From assembly GCA_963692865.2 (NCBI GenBank), contig OY843592.1, positions 1,888,001 to 1,952,000 on the forward strand: DNA of 64,000 nucleotides, written 5' to 3'. Under the pieces are notes generated by a model that made no database searches, was not told the origin of the DNA, and was given only the letters and a program-made list of their open reading frames with translations. Positions 10,750 to 20,150 of the stretch are shown here, piece after piece. The stretch comes from a bacterium. GTDB lineage: Bacteria > UBA8248. Every line of letters starts with the position of its first letter. The first letter of the stretch is position 1. The position numbers and the translations under genes are program-made.

Positions 10750-11241
10750 CTACCTGTCTATAGGGTCGCGGGGGTCGAATTCGTCGCCCCAAACGCCCCG
10801 GCGGTAGCGCCTGGCGAGGTTTTCGGCCTCTATCAACTCCTCCCGGTAGCGCACGTTGGGGTGCTTCACGAGGGCGCGGCCCAGCCCACGGAGCACCATG
10901 AGGACGTTCACGTGGCCGCCTTCTTCGAGGAAGACGTAATACAGCGTCTGCCCGGAGGCGTCCACGGGTTTCTCGTCGATTTCGAGACTCACCGTCCTGT
11001 TCTCGATGAGGCGCTTGAGGTACGCGCGGGACTGGGCGGCGCCCGGCGCGCCCGGCGCGGGCGCGGCCACGCCGATGAGAGCGGAGCGCAGGCCGCCGCC
11101 GAGCTGGAAGCTCGCCCCGTCGTAGACCCTGGTGACGCGCGCTTTGAGGCGTCTTCGGGGCTCGGCGCCATTGGCGGTGATGGGCGCGCAAGCGAGCGAC
11201 ATCAGCGCAAGCGCGCAGAGCAAAGAAAGCGGTTTTTTCAT
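10750..11241 (-). CDS. Secreted thermonuclease (SNase)-fold protein with degenerate active site
   Basis: Signal peptide; VTRVYDG, LIGVAAP, VNVLMVLRGLG, AENLARRYRRGVWG. Confidence 0.75.
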   Translation of the reverse strand: MKKPLSLLCALALMSLACAPITANGAEPRRRLKARVTRVYDGASFQLGGGLRSALIGVAAPAPGAPGAAQSRAYLKRLIENRTVSLEIDEKPVDASGQTLYYVFLEEGGHVNVLMVLRGLGRALVKHPNVRYREELIEAENLARRYRRGVWGDEFDPRDPIDR

Positions 11242-11397
11242 CCTCGCCTCATACGGTCTTGATGGGAATGGCCCTGAAAATCTTTCACGTTCCGGTGGAA
11301 AGCAGGCCCCCTCCGGCGTTTGTTTATACCACAGGGCGCGACCGATGCGCTTTTAGGGAGGGGACTCATGTGTTGGGGGAGGGGGAATAGAGCCGTT

Positions 11398-11619
11398 GTA
11401 GGGGCGGACCTGTGTGTCCGCCCCATTTGTGATTTTCCACTCGCGGCGCATGACGGAATCCAGGCGGACGAGAAACGCATCGGTTCTGGATTCCGGCATA
11501 CGCCGGAATGACGATGCCGTGAATTTCGGGAGGAGAGGAGGTTCCGTTGCGTGGGCGAACCTGCCCATCATGTGTATTGGCGTCGCACCGACAGGGCGGA
11601 CACATAGGTCCGCCCCTAC
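11398..11619. repeat. REPIN-like inverted GTAG-REP pair enclosing a CTGGATTCCGGC..GCCGGAATGAC hairpin
   Basis: GTAGGGGCGGACCTGTGTGTCCGCCC ... GGGCGGACACATAGGTCCGCCCCTAC. Confidence 0.85.
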
Positions 11620-11748
11620 GGGAGATTCGGCTCCTCTATATGGTTGCTTTTGGGGCGACCTTGCATGTCAAGCGGGGCGCGGGGACAATGAGAACGATGA
11701 GAAAATCGCCGCTGCGCTTGAAGATACCAGCAAGGAAGCAGGCCGACA

Positions 11749-12279
11749 TTGGCGGATACGGACGAGAAGCGGATATTCATCATCGCGGGGCCGAACGGCG
11801 CGGGCAAGACGACGTTCGCCACGGAATTTCTGCCGAACGAGGCGGACTGTCCGCTTTTCATCAACGCGGACATCATCGCGGCGGAGCTGAATCCTTCCGA
11901 GCCTCATCTGGTCGCCTTTCAGGCCGGCAGGCGGATGTTGGAGCAAATCCGCGAGCACGCGCTCAAAGGAGAGAGTTTCGCCTTCGAGACGACTTTGAGC
12001 GGCCTCGTCTATGCGCGCCGTATCCCCCGGTGGCGGGAGCAGGGCTACCGGGTCAAGCTGTTCTTCCTGCGGTTGCCGACGCCCGAGATGGCTATCGGGC
12101 GCGTCGCGCAGCGCGTTCTGGAGGGAGGCCACGACGTGCCCGAGGCGGTGCTCCGAAGACGGTTCGACGCCGGCCGGCGCAACTTCGAGGGAATTTATCG
12201 GGATTTGGTCGACGGCTGGATTTTGTACGATAATTCGGGTGTTGAGCCGAAACGGCTGGCGGAGGAGTCGAGAGAATGA
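11749..12279 (+). CDS. Zeta-toxin-like P-loop ATPase/kinase
   Basis: IIAGPNGAGKTTF, FINADIIA, FAFETTLSG, RVAQRVLEGGHDVPE. Confidence 0.88.
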   Translation: MADTDEKRIFIIAGPNGAGKTTFATEFLPNEADCPLFINADIIAAELNPSEPHLVAFQAGRRMLEQIREHALKGESFAFETTLSGLVYARRIPRWREQGYRVKLFFLRLPTPEMAIGRVAQRVLEGGHDVPEAVLRRRFDAGRRNFEGIYRDLVDGWILYDNSGVEPKRLAEESRE

Positions 12280-12491
12280 ATTCACCAGGCAGAAACCCGG
12301 AGCAAAAACCCCGTGATCCCGACTTCGTCGGCGCCGATGCGGCGATGCGCCGGGCGGCCTTGCGGGCGCGAAAGCTGGCGGAGAAAACGGACGCGATGAT
12401 TGCAGCGGGCAAGGGCGCGGTCTCGGGCGAGATTCATGGAACGAACACCGGGCGCGACCCGCGCGAGCGCGGCTCCCGCAAGGCGACATAA
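12276..12491 (+). CDS. Small helical protein overlapping the zeta-like gene (putative antitoxin-like partner)
   Basis: ATGA overlap; AAMRRAALRARKLA motif typical of such partners. Confidence 0.6.
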   Translation: MNSPGRNPEQKPRDPDFVGADAAMRRAALRARKLAEKTDAMIAAGKGAVSGEIHGTNTGRDPRERGSRKAT

Positions 12492-12495
12492 GACA

Positions 12496-12997
12496 GGGTT
12501 GTTGAAAAAGCCTCGATTCCGTGATTCGGCGTATGGGGCCAGCCAAGTAGAGAGCAGAACCACTCCCCCCTTGTGAGGGGGCTGTTGAAAAAATCCCCAA
12601 AAGGAGCGCACCGAATTTCACTCCCCCCTTGAGGGTCGGGCTTCCCGAGGGGAAAGCCCGACCCTCAAGGGGGGAGTGAAATTCAAAAGCATGCGCGCAA
12701 CTCAAAATTGCTTCCCGGATCTTTTTCAACAACCTCGTATGCGGCCCCTACACGCGCCCTCGAATACCGACCGTGCCCGCCCGTCCATCAATTCACCCCG
12801 ACATCGGATAGGCACGGGGGCCTGTCCCTACGGGTTCGTTTCGAGTTCGGGGTTCCGTAGGGGAGGACCCGTGTGTCCTCCCGCCTCGCACGTCGTTCTG
12901 ATCGTGAGCCTGATGTAGGTCGGACATATATGTCCGACATATATGCGGCCCATCACGGGCGGCGAAAAAGGCCGGGTCGCATGTATGCGACCCCTAC
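12496..12997. repeat. Repeat cluster 4: IS-like end, MITE, several GTAG-REPs
   Basis: GGGTTGTTGAAAAAG (12496), GTAGGGGAGGACCCGTGTGTCCTCCC (12857), GTAGGTCGGACATATATGTCCGAC (12915), GGGTCGCATGTATGCGACCCCTAC. Confidence 0.88.
12579..12734. mobile_element. MITE-like element with GGCTGTTGAAAAA/TTTTTCAACAACC termini and a perfect internal 31-bp inverted repeat
   Basis: Terminal inverted repeats read directly; arms 12613-12643 and 12654-12684 are exact reverse complements. Confidence 0.75.
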
Positions 12998-13082
12998 ACT
13001 CCCTCTCCTCAGGAAGGCTTTTCTTCCACCCCCTCGTCGCATTCGTCATCCATGACACATTTACAGAATCACCCAGGCGATT

Positions 13083-13110
13083 TTGAATTGGAATGGGCAG
13101 GTGTTAAGAT
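13083..13110 (+). promoter_or_regulatory. Candidate sigma70 promoter of the ABC operon
   Basis: TTGAAT-16 nt-TAAGAT with TG extended -10. Confidence 0.35.
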
Positions 13111-13272
13111 GTTTCCATCCAAGCTACCAGATGGAAATCGTTGGTTGTCGTGGAAAGTTGTGACGCGCCTTTGGAACACCCACTGATTCCGGCGCACTCA
13201 ACTCACGGAGCGCCCGGAATCCTCAATAGGTTCGCTGCCAGGCGCAGACGGATCGGGAGAGGAGGTAAACCC

Positions 13273-14556
13273 ATGCGACGGTTCCTCATGACTCATTTTT
13301 TGGTCGGTTTGGTAACAGCGCTTCTCATGAGCCCCGCTTTCGCCCAGCAGAGGATCACCTGGTGGGAACACAGCAACCCGCCGCACAACAACTACTCGAA
13401 GGATCTGGTGGCGGAGTGGAACAAGAAGAACCCCAAGACTCCCGTGCAGTATGATTTTTTCGCGATGACCCCGTATTTCCAGAAGCTCACGGCGGCGCTT
13501 TCCACGCGCTCGGCGGCCGACATGTTCACGCTCATCGACTTCCTGCTGCCCGGCTTCACCGCCAAGAAAGTCCTCGCGCCCATTCGTCCCGAGTGGCTGG
13601 GCTACAAGGACCTCGAGGACATGAAGAAGGCCTACATACCGGGGGCGCTGGACGGCTACATCCATGAAGGGAAGCTCTACGCCATTCCGCCCATCGCTTC
13701 GGGCTTCAGCCTCTTCATCAACCGGAAGCACTTCAAGGAGGCGGGGCTTGACCCGGACAAGGATTACCCGCGCACATGGGAAGACGTGGGCCGCATCGGG
13801 AAAAAACTGGTGAAGATGAGGGGCAGCAGGATGGTGCGCGAGGGCTTCGATTTCGCCATGCACTCCTCCACCTGGACGATGTGGTACTTCAACACGACGA
13901 TCCGGCAATACGGGGGAGAAGTCCTCGACGCCTCAGGGAAGAAGTGCACGGCCAACAGCGAGGCGGGCGTGAAGGCCATGAACGTCCGCGCCCGGATTGC
14001 GCACCACTACAAGGCTTCGGACCCCACCGTCAGTTTCGGCACCAACGCCCTTCCGGCGGACGATATCCCCAAGGGGCGCGTCTCCATGTTCATCACCCAC
14101 GCGGGGAGCGTGGCGCAATTCGGCCCCAAGATGATGAAGGACCTGAAAGTGGTGCCCTTCCCGCAGGTGGACCCCAAGAATCCCGTGACGCCGATTTACG
14201 GCTTCGCCATGGCGGTGAATCCCCATATTTCCGAGGCGAAACAGAAGATAGTGCACGCTGTGCTGAAACACGTCGTCAACGACTCGAAAACCTGGTACGA
14301 GAGGACCTCCTATCCCCATCCCGACAAGAACTTCCTGAACCTTCCCGGGATGGAGGAGGCGCGCACGAAAAACTACCTGGGCGTGTTCGTAAAGGACATC
14401 TCGAACGGGCGCTTTCTGCAGCGCTCCGACAAGATCCTCGAGCTCAACCAGGCCATTCACCGGGCGATGGAGCGCGTGGTCCTGAAGAAGGAAGACTCCA
14501 GGAAGTCGCTCGACCAGGCGTGTAAGGAGATCGACGCGGCGCTGGCCAAGAAGTAG
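13273..14556 (+). CDS. Carbohydrate ABC transporter substrate-binding protein
   Basis: GGAGG RBS, signal peptide, GKLYAIP, LFINRKHFKEAGLDP, PRTWED. Confidence 0.9.
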   Translation: MRRFLMTHFLVGLVTALLMSPAFAQQRITWWEHSNPPHNNYSKDLVAEWNKKNPKTPVQYDFFAMTPYFQKLTAALSTRSAADMFTLIDFLLPGFTAKKVLAPIRPEWLGYKDLEDMKKAYIPGALDGYIHEGKLYAIPPIASGFSLFINRKHFKEAGLDPDKDYPRTWEDVGRIGKKLVKMRGSRMVREGFDFAMHSSTWTMWYFNTTIRQYGGEVLDASGKKCTANSEAGVKAMNVRARIAHHYKASDPTVSFGTNALPADDIPKGRVSMFITHAGSVAQFGPKMMKDLKVVPFPQVDPKNPVTPIYGFAMAVNPHISEAKQKIVHAVLKHVVNDSKTWYERTSYPHPDKNFLNLPGMEEARTKNYLGVFVKDISNGRFLQRSDKILELNQAIHRAMERVVLKKEDSRKSLDQACKEIDAALAKK

Positions 14557-14568
14557 GCTGGAGAACCG

Positions 14569-15531
14569 ATGGGCCGCGAGATCGGAGCCGGTCGGGCTTC
14601 ACCTGCGATGATCCGGAGTTCCGCATCCCTGCTGCGGCGGTGGGGGGCCGGCGGGGGGAAACGCTCCCTCCACAGCCACCTCCGCTGGGCGGGGTTCTTC
14701 TTCGTTCTCCCTGCGCTCATCCATCTCGTGATCTTCAAGTTCTACCCCATGCTCCAGGCCTTGCGGCTGAGCTTCTACCGCTACGACCTCATGAGCCCGC
14801 CGGTGTTCACCGGGCTTGAGAACTATAAGCTCCTCTGGGAAAACCCGCTCTTTCATCAGTCTTTCTGGGTTTCGGTCAAGTACATGTTCGGGGTCTCCAT
14901 CCCGGAGTGGTTCTTCGCGCTGGGTCTGGCCCTCCTCCTGAACCGGCGGATGCCGGGGCGGGCGGTCATCCGTCTGGCGTACTTCTTCCCCATCGCGATG
15001 TCGCAGATCGTCGTGGCCATGGTGTGGAAGTTCATGTACCACCCCTTCGGCTTGGTGAACACGATTCTGGAGACCTTCGGCGTCGGCCGCATCAACTGGC
15101 TCTCGATGGAGGAGTCGGCGCTGCCCGCCCTCATCGCCATCGGCATCTGGCGGGGCATCCCGCTGTTCGGCGTGATCTATCTGGCGGGCTTACAGGCCAT
15201 CCCCAAGGAATACCACGAGGCGGCCATCATCGACGGCGCGGGCGTGTTCCAGCGCTTTTTTTACGTGACGATCCCCCTGCTTCTTCCCACGATAATGTTC
15301 GTGATGGTGTTGTCTCTCCTCTCGGCCGTGAAGGTGTTCCTGAATCCGCTGGTCATGACCGAAGGCGGCCCCAACGGGACGACCCGGGTGCTCCCGTACT
15401 TCATCTACGAAACGGGATTCGCCTTCTTCCGGATGGGGGAGGCCGCCGCGGCTTCGATGGTGCTCTTCGTCTTTCTGTTCGGCCTGACACTCATCCAGCT
15501 GCGGCTCCTGCGCCGGGGAGGTGTGGAATGA
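14569..15531 (+). CDS. Carbohydrate ABC transporter permease
   Basis: FTGLENY; YLAGLQAIPKEYHEAAIIDGA (EAA loop). Confidence 0.93.
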   Translation: MGREIGAGRASPAMIRSSASLLRRWGAGGGKRSLHSHLRWAGFFFVLPALIHLVIFKFYPMLQALRLSFYRYDLMSPPVFTGLENYKLLWENPLFHQSFWVSVKYMFGVSIPEWFFALGLALLLNRRMPGRAVIRLAYFFPIAMSQIVVAMVWKFMYHPFGLVNTILETFGVGRINWLSMEESALPALIAIGIWRGIPLFGVIYLAGLQAIPKEYHEAAIIDGAGVFQRFFYVTIPLLLPTIMFVMVLSLLSAVKVFLNPLVMTEGGPNGTTRVLPYFIYETGFAFFRMGEAAAASMVLFVFLFGLTLIQLRLLRRGGVE

Positions 15532-16361
15532 GCCGAAAGACGATGCTCCGCTTGGGAGGCGCCCTCATCAGCCTGCTCACGGTTGCCGGAGTCGTGGTGA
15601 TGCTCCTGCCCTACTTCTGGATGGTCTCCTCCTCCATCAAGACGGGGATTGAGGTCTTCGATCTCCCCATCAAATGGATACCGGACGAGATCCAGTGGGT
15701 GAACTACCCCAACGCCCTGTCCAAGGGGGCTTTCGGGGTCTATTTTTACAACAGCTTCGTCGTGGCTTTCGCGGTCATGGCGGGAAACCTCGTCTTCTGC
15801 ACCCTGGCGGGCTACGGCCTGGCCAAGTTCCGCTTCCGCCACCGGGAGCTGTGCTTCCGCCTGATTCTGAGCACGCTGATGCTGCCGCTGGAGATCGTTC
15901 TGGTGCCCACTTTCCTCGTGGTGCGGGAACTGGGCCTCGTCAACACATACGGCGGGCTGATCGCCCCGCTGGCGGTGGACGCTTTCGGCGTTTTTCTCAT
16001 GCGCCAGTCCATCAGGGACATTCCCGATTCCCTCATCGAGGCGGCGCGGATGGACGGATGCAGCGAGTTCGGCATCTTCTGGCGCATCATTCTTCCCAAC
16101 TGCAAGCCCGCGCTGGGCGCGCTGGCGCTGCTCGCCTTCCGCGACAACTGGGACCAGTTCCTGTGGCCGTTCATCGTGGCGACGACCGACGATTTGAAGA
16201 CCTTCCCGCTCGGCCTCGCCCAGATGGAGGGCATCGATTCGGCCGCCTACCATGAAATCATGGCGCTCGCGGTCTTGGGGATGATCCCGGCGGCATTCAT
16301 ATTCCTGTTCTTCCAGCGCGCCTTCGTCCGCGGCATCACGCTCACGGGGCTCAAGGAGTGA
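15528..16361 (+). CDS. Carbohydrate ABC transporter permease
   Basis: LAGYGLAKFRF, IPDSLIEAARMDGC; ATGA overlap with the previous permease. Confidence 0.93.
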   Translation: MSRKTMLRLGGALISLLTVAGVVVMLLPYFWMVSSSIKTGIEVFDLPIKWIPDEIQWVNYPNALSKGAFGVYFYNSFVVAFAVMAGNLVFCTLAGYGLAKFRFRHRELCFRLILSTLMLPLEIVLVPTFLVVRELGLVNTYGGLIAPLAVDAFGVFLMRQSIRDIPDSLIEAARMDGCSEFGIFWRIILPNCKPALGALALLAFRDNWDQFLWPFIVATTDDLKTFPLGLAQMEGIDSAAYHEIMALAVLGMIPAAFIFLFFQRAFVRGITLTGLKE

Positions 16362-16478
16362 GGAGCATGAAAGCGTCTTCGATAAACCCGTTTTCGGCCG
16401 TCAAGCACGTGAAGACTCGCTTTCCGGCCCCATGGAGGGTTGTTGTAAACCCCCTTATGGTTCGGACGGGATTCTATT

Positions 16479-16705
16479 GTAGTTGGCGGCCCCTCCTCGG
16501 GGCCGCCCCACACATATATGCGGCCCTCCCAGCCCGGCACGCGGGTCGCATGTATGCGACCCCTACACCCCGAATGCGGGATGATGGAACATGGCGACCT
16601 CATCGGGCGGACGCATGGGAGCGCTCCTGCAATCTCTCACCCATCGGTAAGGGATGGATTCCAGGCGAGAAGGGACTTTTTCAACGGCCCCCATGGAGGG
16701 GGGAA
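16479..16705. repeat. Repeat cluster 5 inside the ABC operon
   Basis: CATATATGCGGCCC..GGGTCGCATGTATGCGACCCCTAC as at 12974; CTTTTTCAACGGCCCC end. Confidence 0.82.
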
Positions 16706-16754
16706 GGCTCCGCGCATGCGCCCGCCGTGCTTCTCGCAGAGAGGAGAAACTGAG

Positions 16755-17834
16755 ATGGGGGAGGTGCTGCTCGAGGATCTCACCAAGGATTTCGGCGAGG
16801 TGGTCGCGGTCAAGGAGGTGAACCTCACGATCCACGACGGGGAGTTCGTGGTGTTGCTGGGTCCCTCGGGATGCGGCAAGACCACAACGCTTCGGATGAT
16901 CGCCGGCCTGGAGGAGATAACGAGCGGGCGCATCCTCCTCGACGGCCGCGTGCTGAACGACGTGCACCCGCGCGACCGCGACATCGCCATGGTGTTCCAG
17001 AACTACGCGCTCTACCCCCACATGAGCGTCTACAAGAACATGGCCTTCGGCCTCAAGATGCGCAAGGTCGCCAAGGACGAGATCGACCGCAGGGTCAGGA
17101 GCGCCGCCGGCATCCTGGGGATTGAATCGCTACTCGGGCGCTACCCGGGCAAACTCTCCGGCGGCCAGCGCCAGCGGGTCGCGCTGGGGCGCGCCATCGT
17201 GCGCGACCCGCGCGTCTTCCTCTTCGACGAGCCGCTCTCGAACCTCGACGCCAAGCTGCGGGTCCAGACCCGGGTGGAACTCCTCAAGCTCCACCAGCAC
17301 CTCGCCGCCACCTCGGTCTACGTCACGCACGATCAGGTCGAGGCCATGACCATGGGGGACAGAATCGTGGTCATGCACGAAGGGGTCATCCAGCAGGTCG
17401 GCCCCCCGATGGAGGTCTACCAGAACCCGGCGAACCAGTTCGTGGCGGGCTTCATCGGGAGCCCCTCGATGAATTTCCTCTCCGCCGCGGTGCGCGCCGA
17501 GGGAGGGCGGATATTCCTCGAAGGCGCCGGCTTCCGGGTTCCCCTGCCGGCGGAGCGCGCGAGCGGGCTTGAGGGGCGCGAGGGCGGGGAGGTCGTATTC
17601 GGCATTCGGCCGGAAGACATGCGCTTGGACGCCGAGGGCGGGATCGAGGGGGCGGTCGAGATCATCGAGCCGGTGGGGTCGGACATCTTTCTCGACCTGA
17701 GCGTGGGCGGCGCCTCCCTCACCGCGCGGGTGGAGTCCAGCGTCAGGATGAGCCAGGGCGAGCGCGTCCGCCTCCGCCCCGACCCGGAGCGCGTCCACGC
17801 TTTCGACCCCGCGACGGGCGCGACGTTGATCTGA
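16755..17834 (+). CDS. ABC ATP-binding protein, UgpC/MalK family
   Basis: GPSGCGKTT, VFQNYALYPHM, LSGGQRQR, DEPLSNLDAKLR. Confidence 0.95.
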   Translation: MGEVLLEDLTKDFGEVVAVKEVNLTIHDGEFVVLLGPSGCGKTTTLRMIAGLEEITSGRILLDGRVLNDVHPRDRDIAMVFQNYALYPHMSVYKNMAFGLKMRKVAKDEIDRRVRSAAGILGIESLLGRYPGKLSGGQRQRVALGRAIVRDPRVFLFDEPLSNLDAKLRVQTRVELLKLHQHLAATSVYVTHDQVEAMTMGDRIVVMHEGVIQQVGPPMEVYQNPANQFVAGFIGSPSMNFLSAAVRAEGGRIFLEGAGFRVPLPAERASGLEGREGGEVVFGIRPEDMRLDAEGGIEGAVEIIEPVGSDIFLDLSVGGASLTARVESSVRMSQGERVRLRPDPERVHAFDPATGATLI

Positions 17835-18054
17835 TGCGTTGCGTGAGGCTACTATCCGTTCTGGTGTATGGGTGTCCTGAATCTGGCGGATTCCCTGCCT
17901 TTCGCGCTTTCATTGCCGCCATCGATGAACTTCGCACCGGAGACCCCGCTCGCCGGTTGAGGGAAACAGCGCAGTCGGCGCCGGTTTGCGCCGGGGCCGG
18001 ACGATAAATATGAGTGGTTATGTACAGGCCGAGCCGCCGCAACGGAGACAAACC

Positions 18055-18666
18055 ATGAAATGGACCATGCTGATGCTTGCCGCGCCGCTTTTGCTCTGCG
18101 CTCACGCCGCAAGCGCGCAGAAACTCGAAAAGGCGATCTTCGCCGGCGGCTGCTTCTGGTGCGTCGAGTCTGATTTCGACAAGGTGCCGGGCGTGGTCTC
18201 GACGACTTCGGGCTATACGGGCGGGAAGACCAAAAACCCGACCTACAAGGAAGTCACGTATGGCGACACGGGACACTACGAGGCGGTCGAGATTACCTAC
18301 GATCCAAAGAAGGTCGGCTACGAGGCGCTGCTCACCGCCTTCTGGCACTCGGTCGACCCGACCGACGACGGCGGCCAGTTCTGCGACCGGGGCGATTCCT
18401 ACCGCACCGCCGTCTTCGCCTTGAACGATGAGCAGCGCAAGGCGGCGGAGGCCTCCAAGGAGGCGGCGCAAAAGACTCTCGGCAAACCCATCGTCACCCC
18501 GATACTCGACGCCGCCGCGTTCTACCCCGCCGAGTATTATCACCAGGACTATTACAAGAATAACTCGTTCCGCTACCGCTACTACCGCTTCTCGTGCGGA
18601 CGGGACAGAAAGATCAAGAGAATCTGGGGCAAACACGCCTTCAAGGGCATCCCCAAGAAAAACTGA
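18055..18666 (+). CDS. msrA: Peptide-methionine (S)-S-oxide reductase with signal peptide
   Basis: FAGGCFWCVE, GHYEAV, AEYYHQDYY. Confidence 0.95.
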   Translation: MKWTMLMLAAPLLLCAHAASAQKLEKAIFAGGCFWCVESDFDKVPGVVSTTSGYTGGKTKNPTYKEVTYGDTGHYEAVEITYDPKKVGYEALLTAFWHSVDPTDDGGQFCDRGDSYRTAVFALNDEQRKAAEASKEAAQKTLGKPIVTPILDAAAFYPAEYYHQDYYKNNSFRYRYYRFSCGRDRKIKRIWGKHAFKGIPKKN

Positions 18667-18860
18667 AACCGCGCCGTCCCGACCTATGACATGGACTCAA
18701 CGGGATGAGCAGTGGTGACTCTCCTGGCATTCGGACCGGATCGCCCTTTGTCCATACGGGGTTTTTGCAGAAGTCCTGCCTATAATTGGGCGTAAGGATA
18801 TTCTTTCTCCCGAGACGGGGAGGGAGAAGATGGCGCTCCACCCTTGTAGAGTACTCAACA

Positions 18861-19238
18861 ACCACTCCCCCCTTGAGGGGGAGTCGGTGAGGTGAGGGAG
18901 CTTTTTCCCCGAAACCGAACCGGTGGGGGGTGCTTTCATGTAGAACCGTCCCCCCACCGATTCAGCCTTCGCAAAAAGCGTTCGGCTTCATCGTCGGGCT
19001 TTCCTCTCGGGAAGCCCAACCCTCAAGGGGGGAGTGAACTTCAAAGGCGCGCGCGATGGTTTCCGCAGGGGCAACCCCCCGTGGCCGCCCGTATCGGATA
19101 TGTCCATCCACGTGGTTGCGCTTGGCAGGGAGGGGCGCAGAGGCCTCGGACAGGCACAGGGGCCTGTCCCTACGGATCCCCCCTTCCGGGTCGGTTCGAA
19201 ACGGCGAATCATGAAATCAGGACTTTTTAACAGCCCCC
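18861..19238. repeat. Repeat cluster 6: ~180-bp CACTCCCCCCTTGAGGGG element, GTAG-REP, IS-like end
   Basis: Inverted counterpart of 20167-20420. Confidence 0.88.
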
Positions 19239-19355
19239 ATACGGGTTGAGTCATGTCCTTACCGTAGACTTCATGAAGCCGGGCGATTGCCGGGGAAACG
19301 GGAGCCGGGCGCTCCCGTCCCGGCGGGCTCGTCGATTCGCCGTGCGGGAGACGCG

Positions 19356-20042
19356 CTAGGCGGCCTGGTTGCGCTCCAGCATGTCGAGCACGTCGTCTGT
19401 TTTCGTAATCCAGCCGAATTTCGACTCGAAGTTGTAGAGGGTGGCCTCGCGCGTGAAGTCGGGGCCGGTGTGATCCATCGCGTCCTCGATGAGGATGGGC
19501 CAGAACTCGCGGAAATACGCCTCGCGCGCCGTGCTCTCCACGCAGACGTTCGTGGCCACGCCGGTGAAGAGAATGTGCCGGATGTCCAGGCCGTTTAACT
19601 GGTTTTCCAGCGTCGTGCCCGCGAAGCCGCTGTAGCGGGCCTTCTTCACCACCAGATCGTCCGGCTCGGGCTTGAGCTCGTCGATGATTTCCCACCCCCA
19701 CGTCCCTTCGATGATGAGTTTATCGCGGTCCTCCGGGCGCTCCTCGATCATCTTGAACGCCATGTGCTTGCGCACGTTGGGCGACTGGGGGCCGCCTGCG
19801 TCGCTCAAGTCGGGTTTGTAGCCGAACTGGAGATAGAGCACCTTCACGCCCGCCGCGCGCGCCGCAGCGAGCAGGCGCCGGTTGGCCGCGATGACGGGGT
19901 TCGTGCGGGCCTCGTCGATGCCCGCGCCCAGGTCGAGCATTCCGCCCTTCTTCGCGTAGGCGTTCTGCATGTCGACCACAATGAAAGCGGTTCGCCCTAA
20001 GTCGATTTCCACCTCCTGCGGCCGCGCCTTGAGGATTGCCAT
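19356..20042 (-). CDS. rutB: Isochorismatase-family hydrolase, RutB-like
   Basis: ARPQEVEID...VVDMQNAYAKKGG, DAGGPQSPN, KARYSGF, GVATNVCVEST. Confidence 0.8.
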   Translation of the reverse strand: MAILKARPQEVEIDLGRTAFIVVDMQNAYAKKGGMLDLGAGIDEARTNPVIAANRRLLAAARAAGVKVLYLQFGYKPDLSDAGGPQSPNVRKHMAFKMIEERPEDRDKLIIEGTWGWEIIDELKPEPDDLVVKKARYSGFAGTTLENQLNGLDIRHILFTGVATNVCVESTAREAYFREFWPILIEDAMDHTGPDFTREATLYNFESKFGWITKTDDVLDMLERNQAA

Positions 20043-20150
20043 GCGTCTTCTCCATGGATATCAGGACAAAATTTTCTCCAGTGCTTCTTTATAGCACAGG
20101 GGGCGATGCGATGCGCTTTCGGGGATGAATTCCGAGCGAGGAGGGAGGAA

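Noticed and set aside
6226-13000. Repeat clusters as a CRISPR array
   Set aside because: No constant-length direct repeats with unique regular spacers, mixed orientations, and no cas genes.
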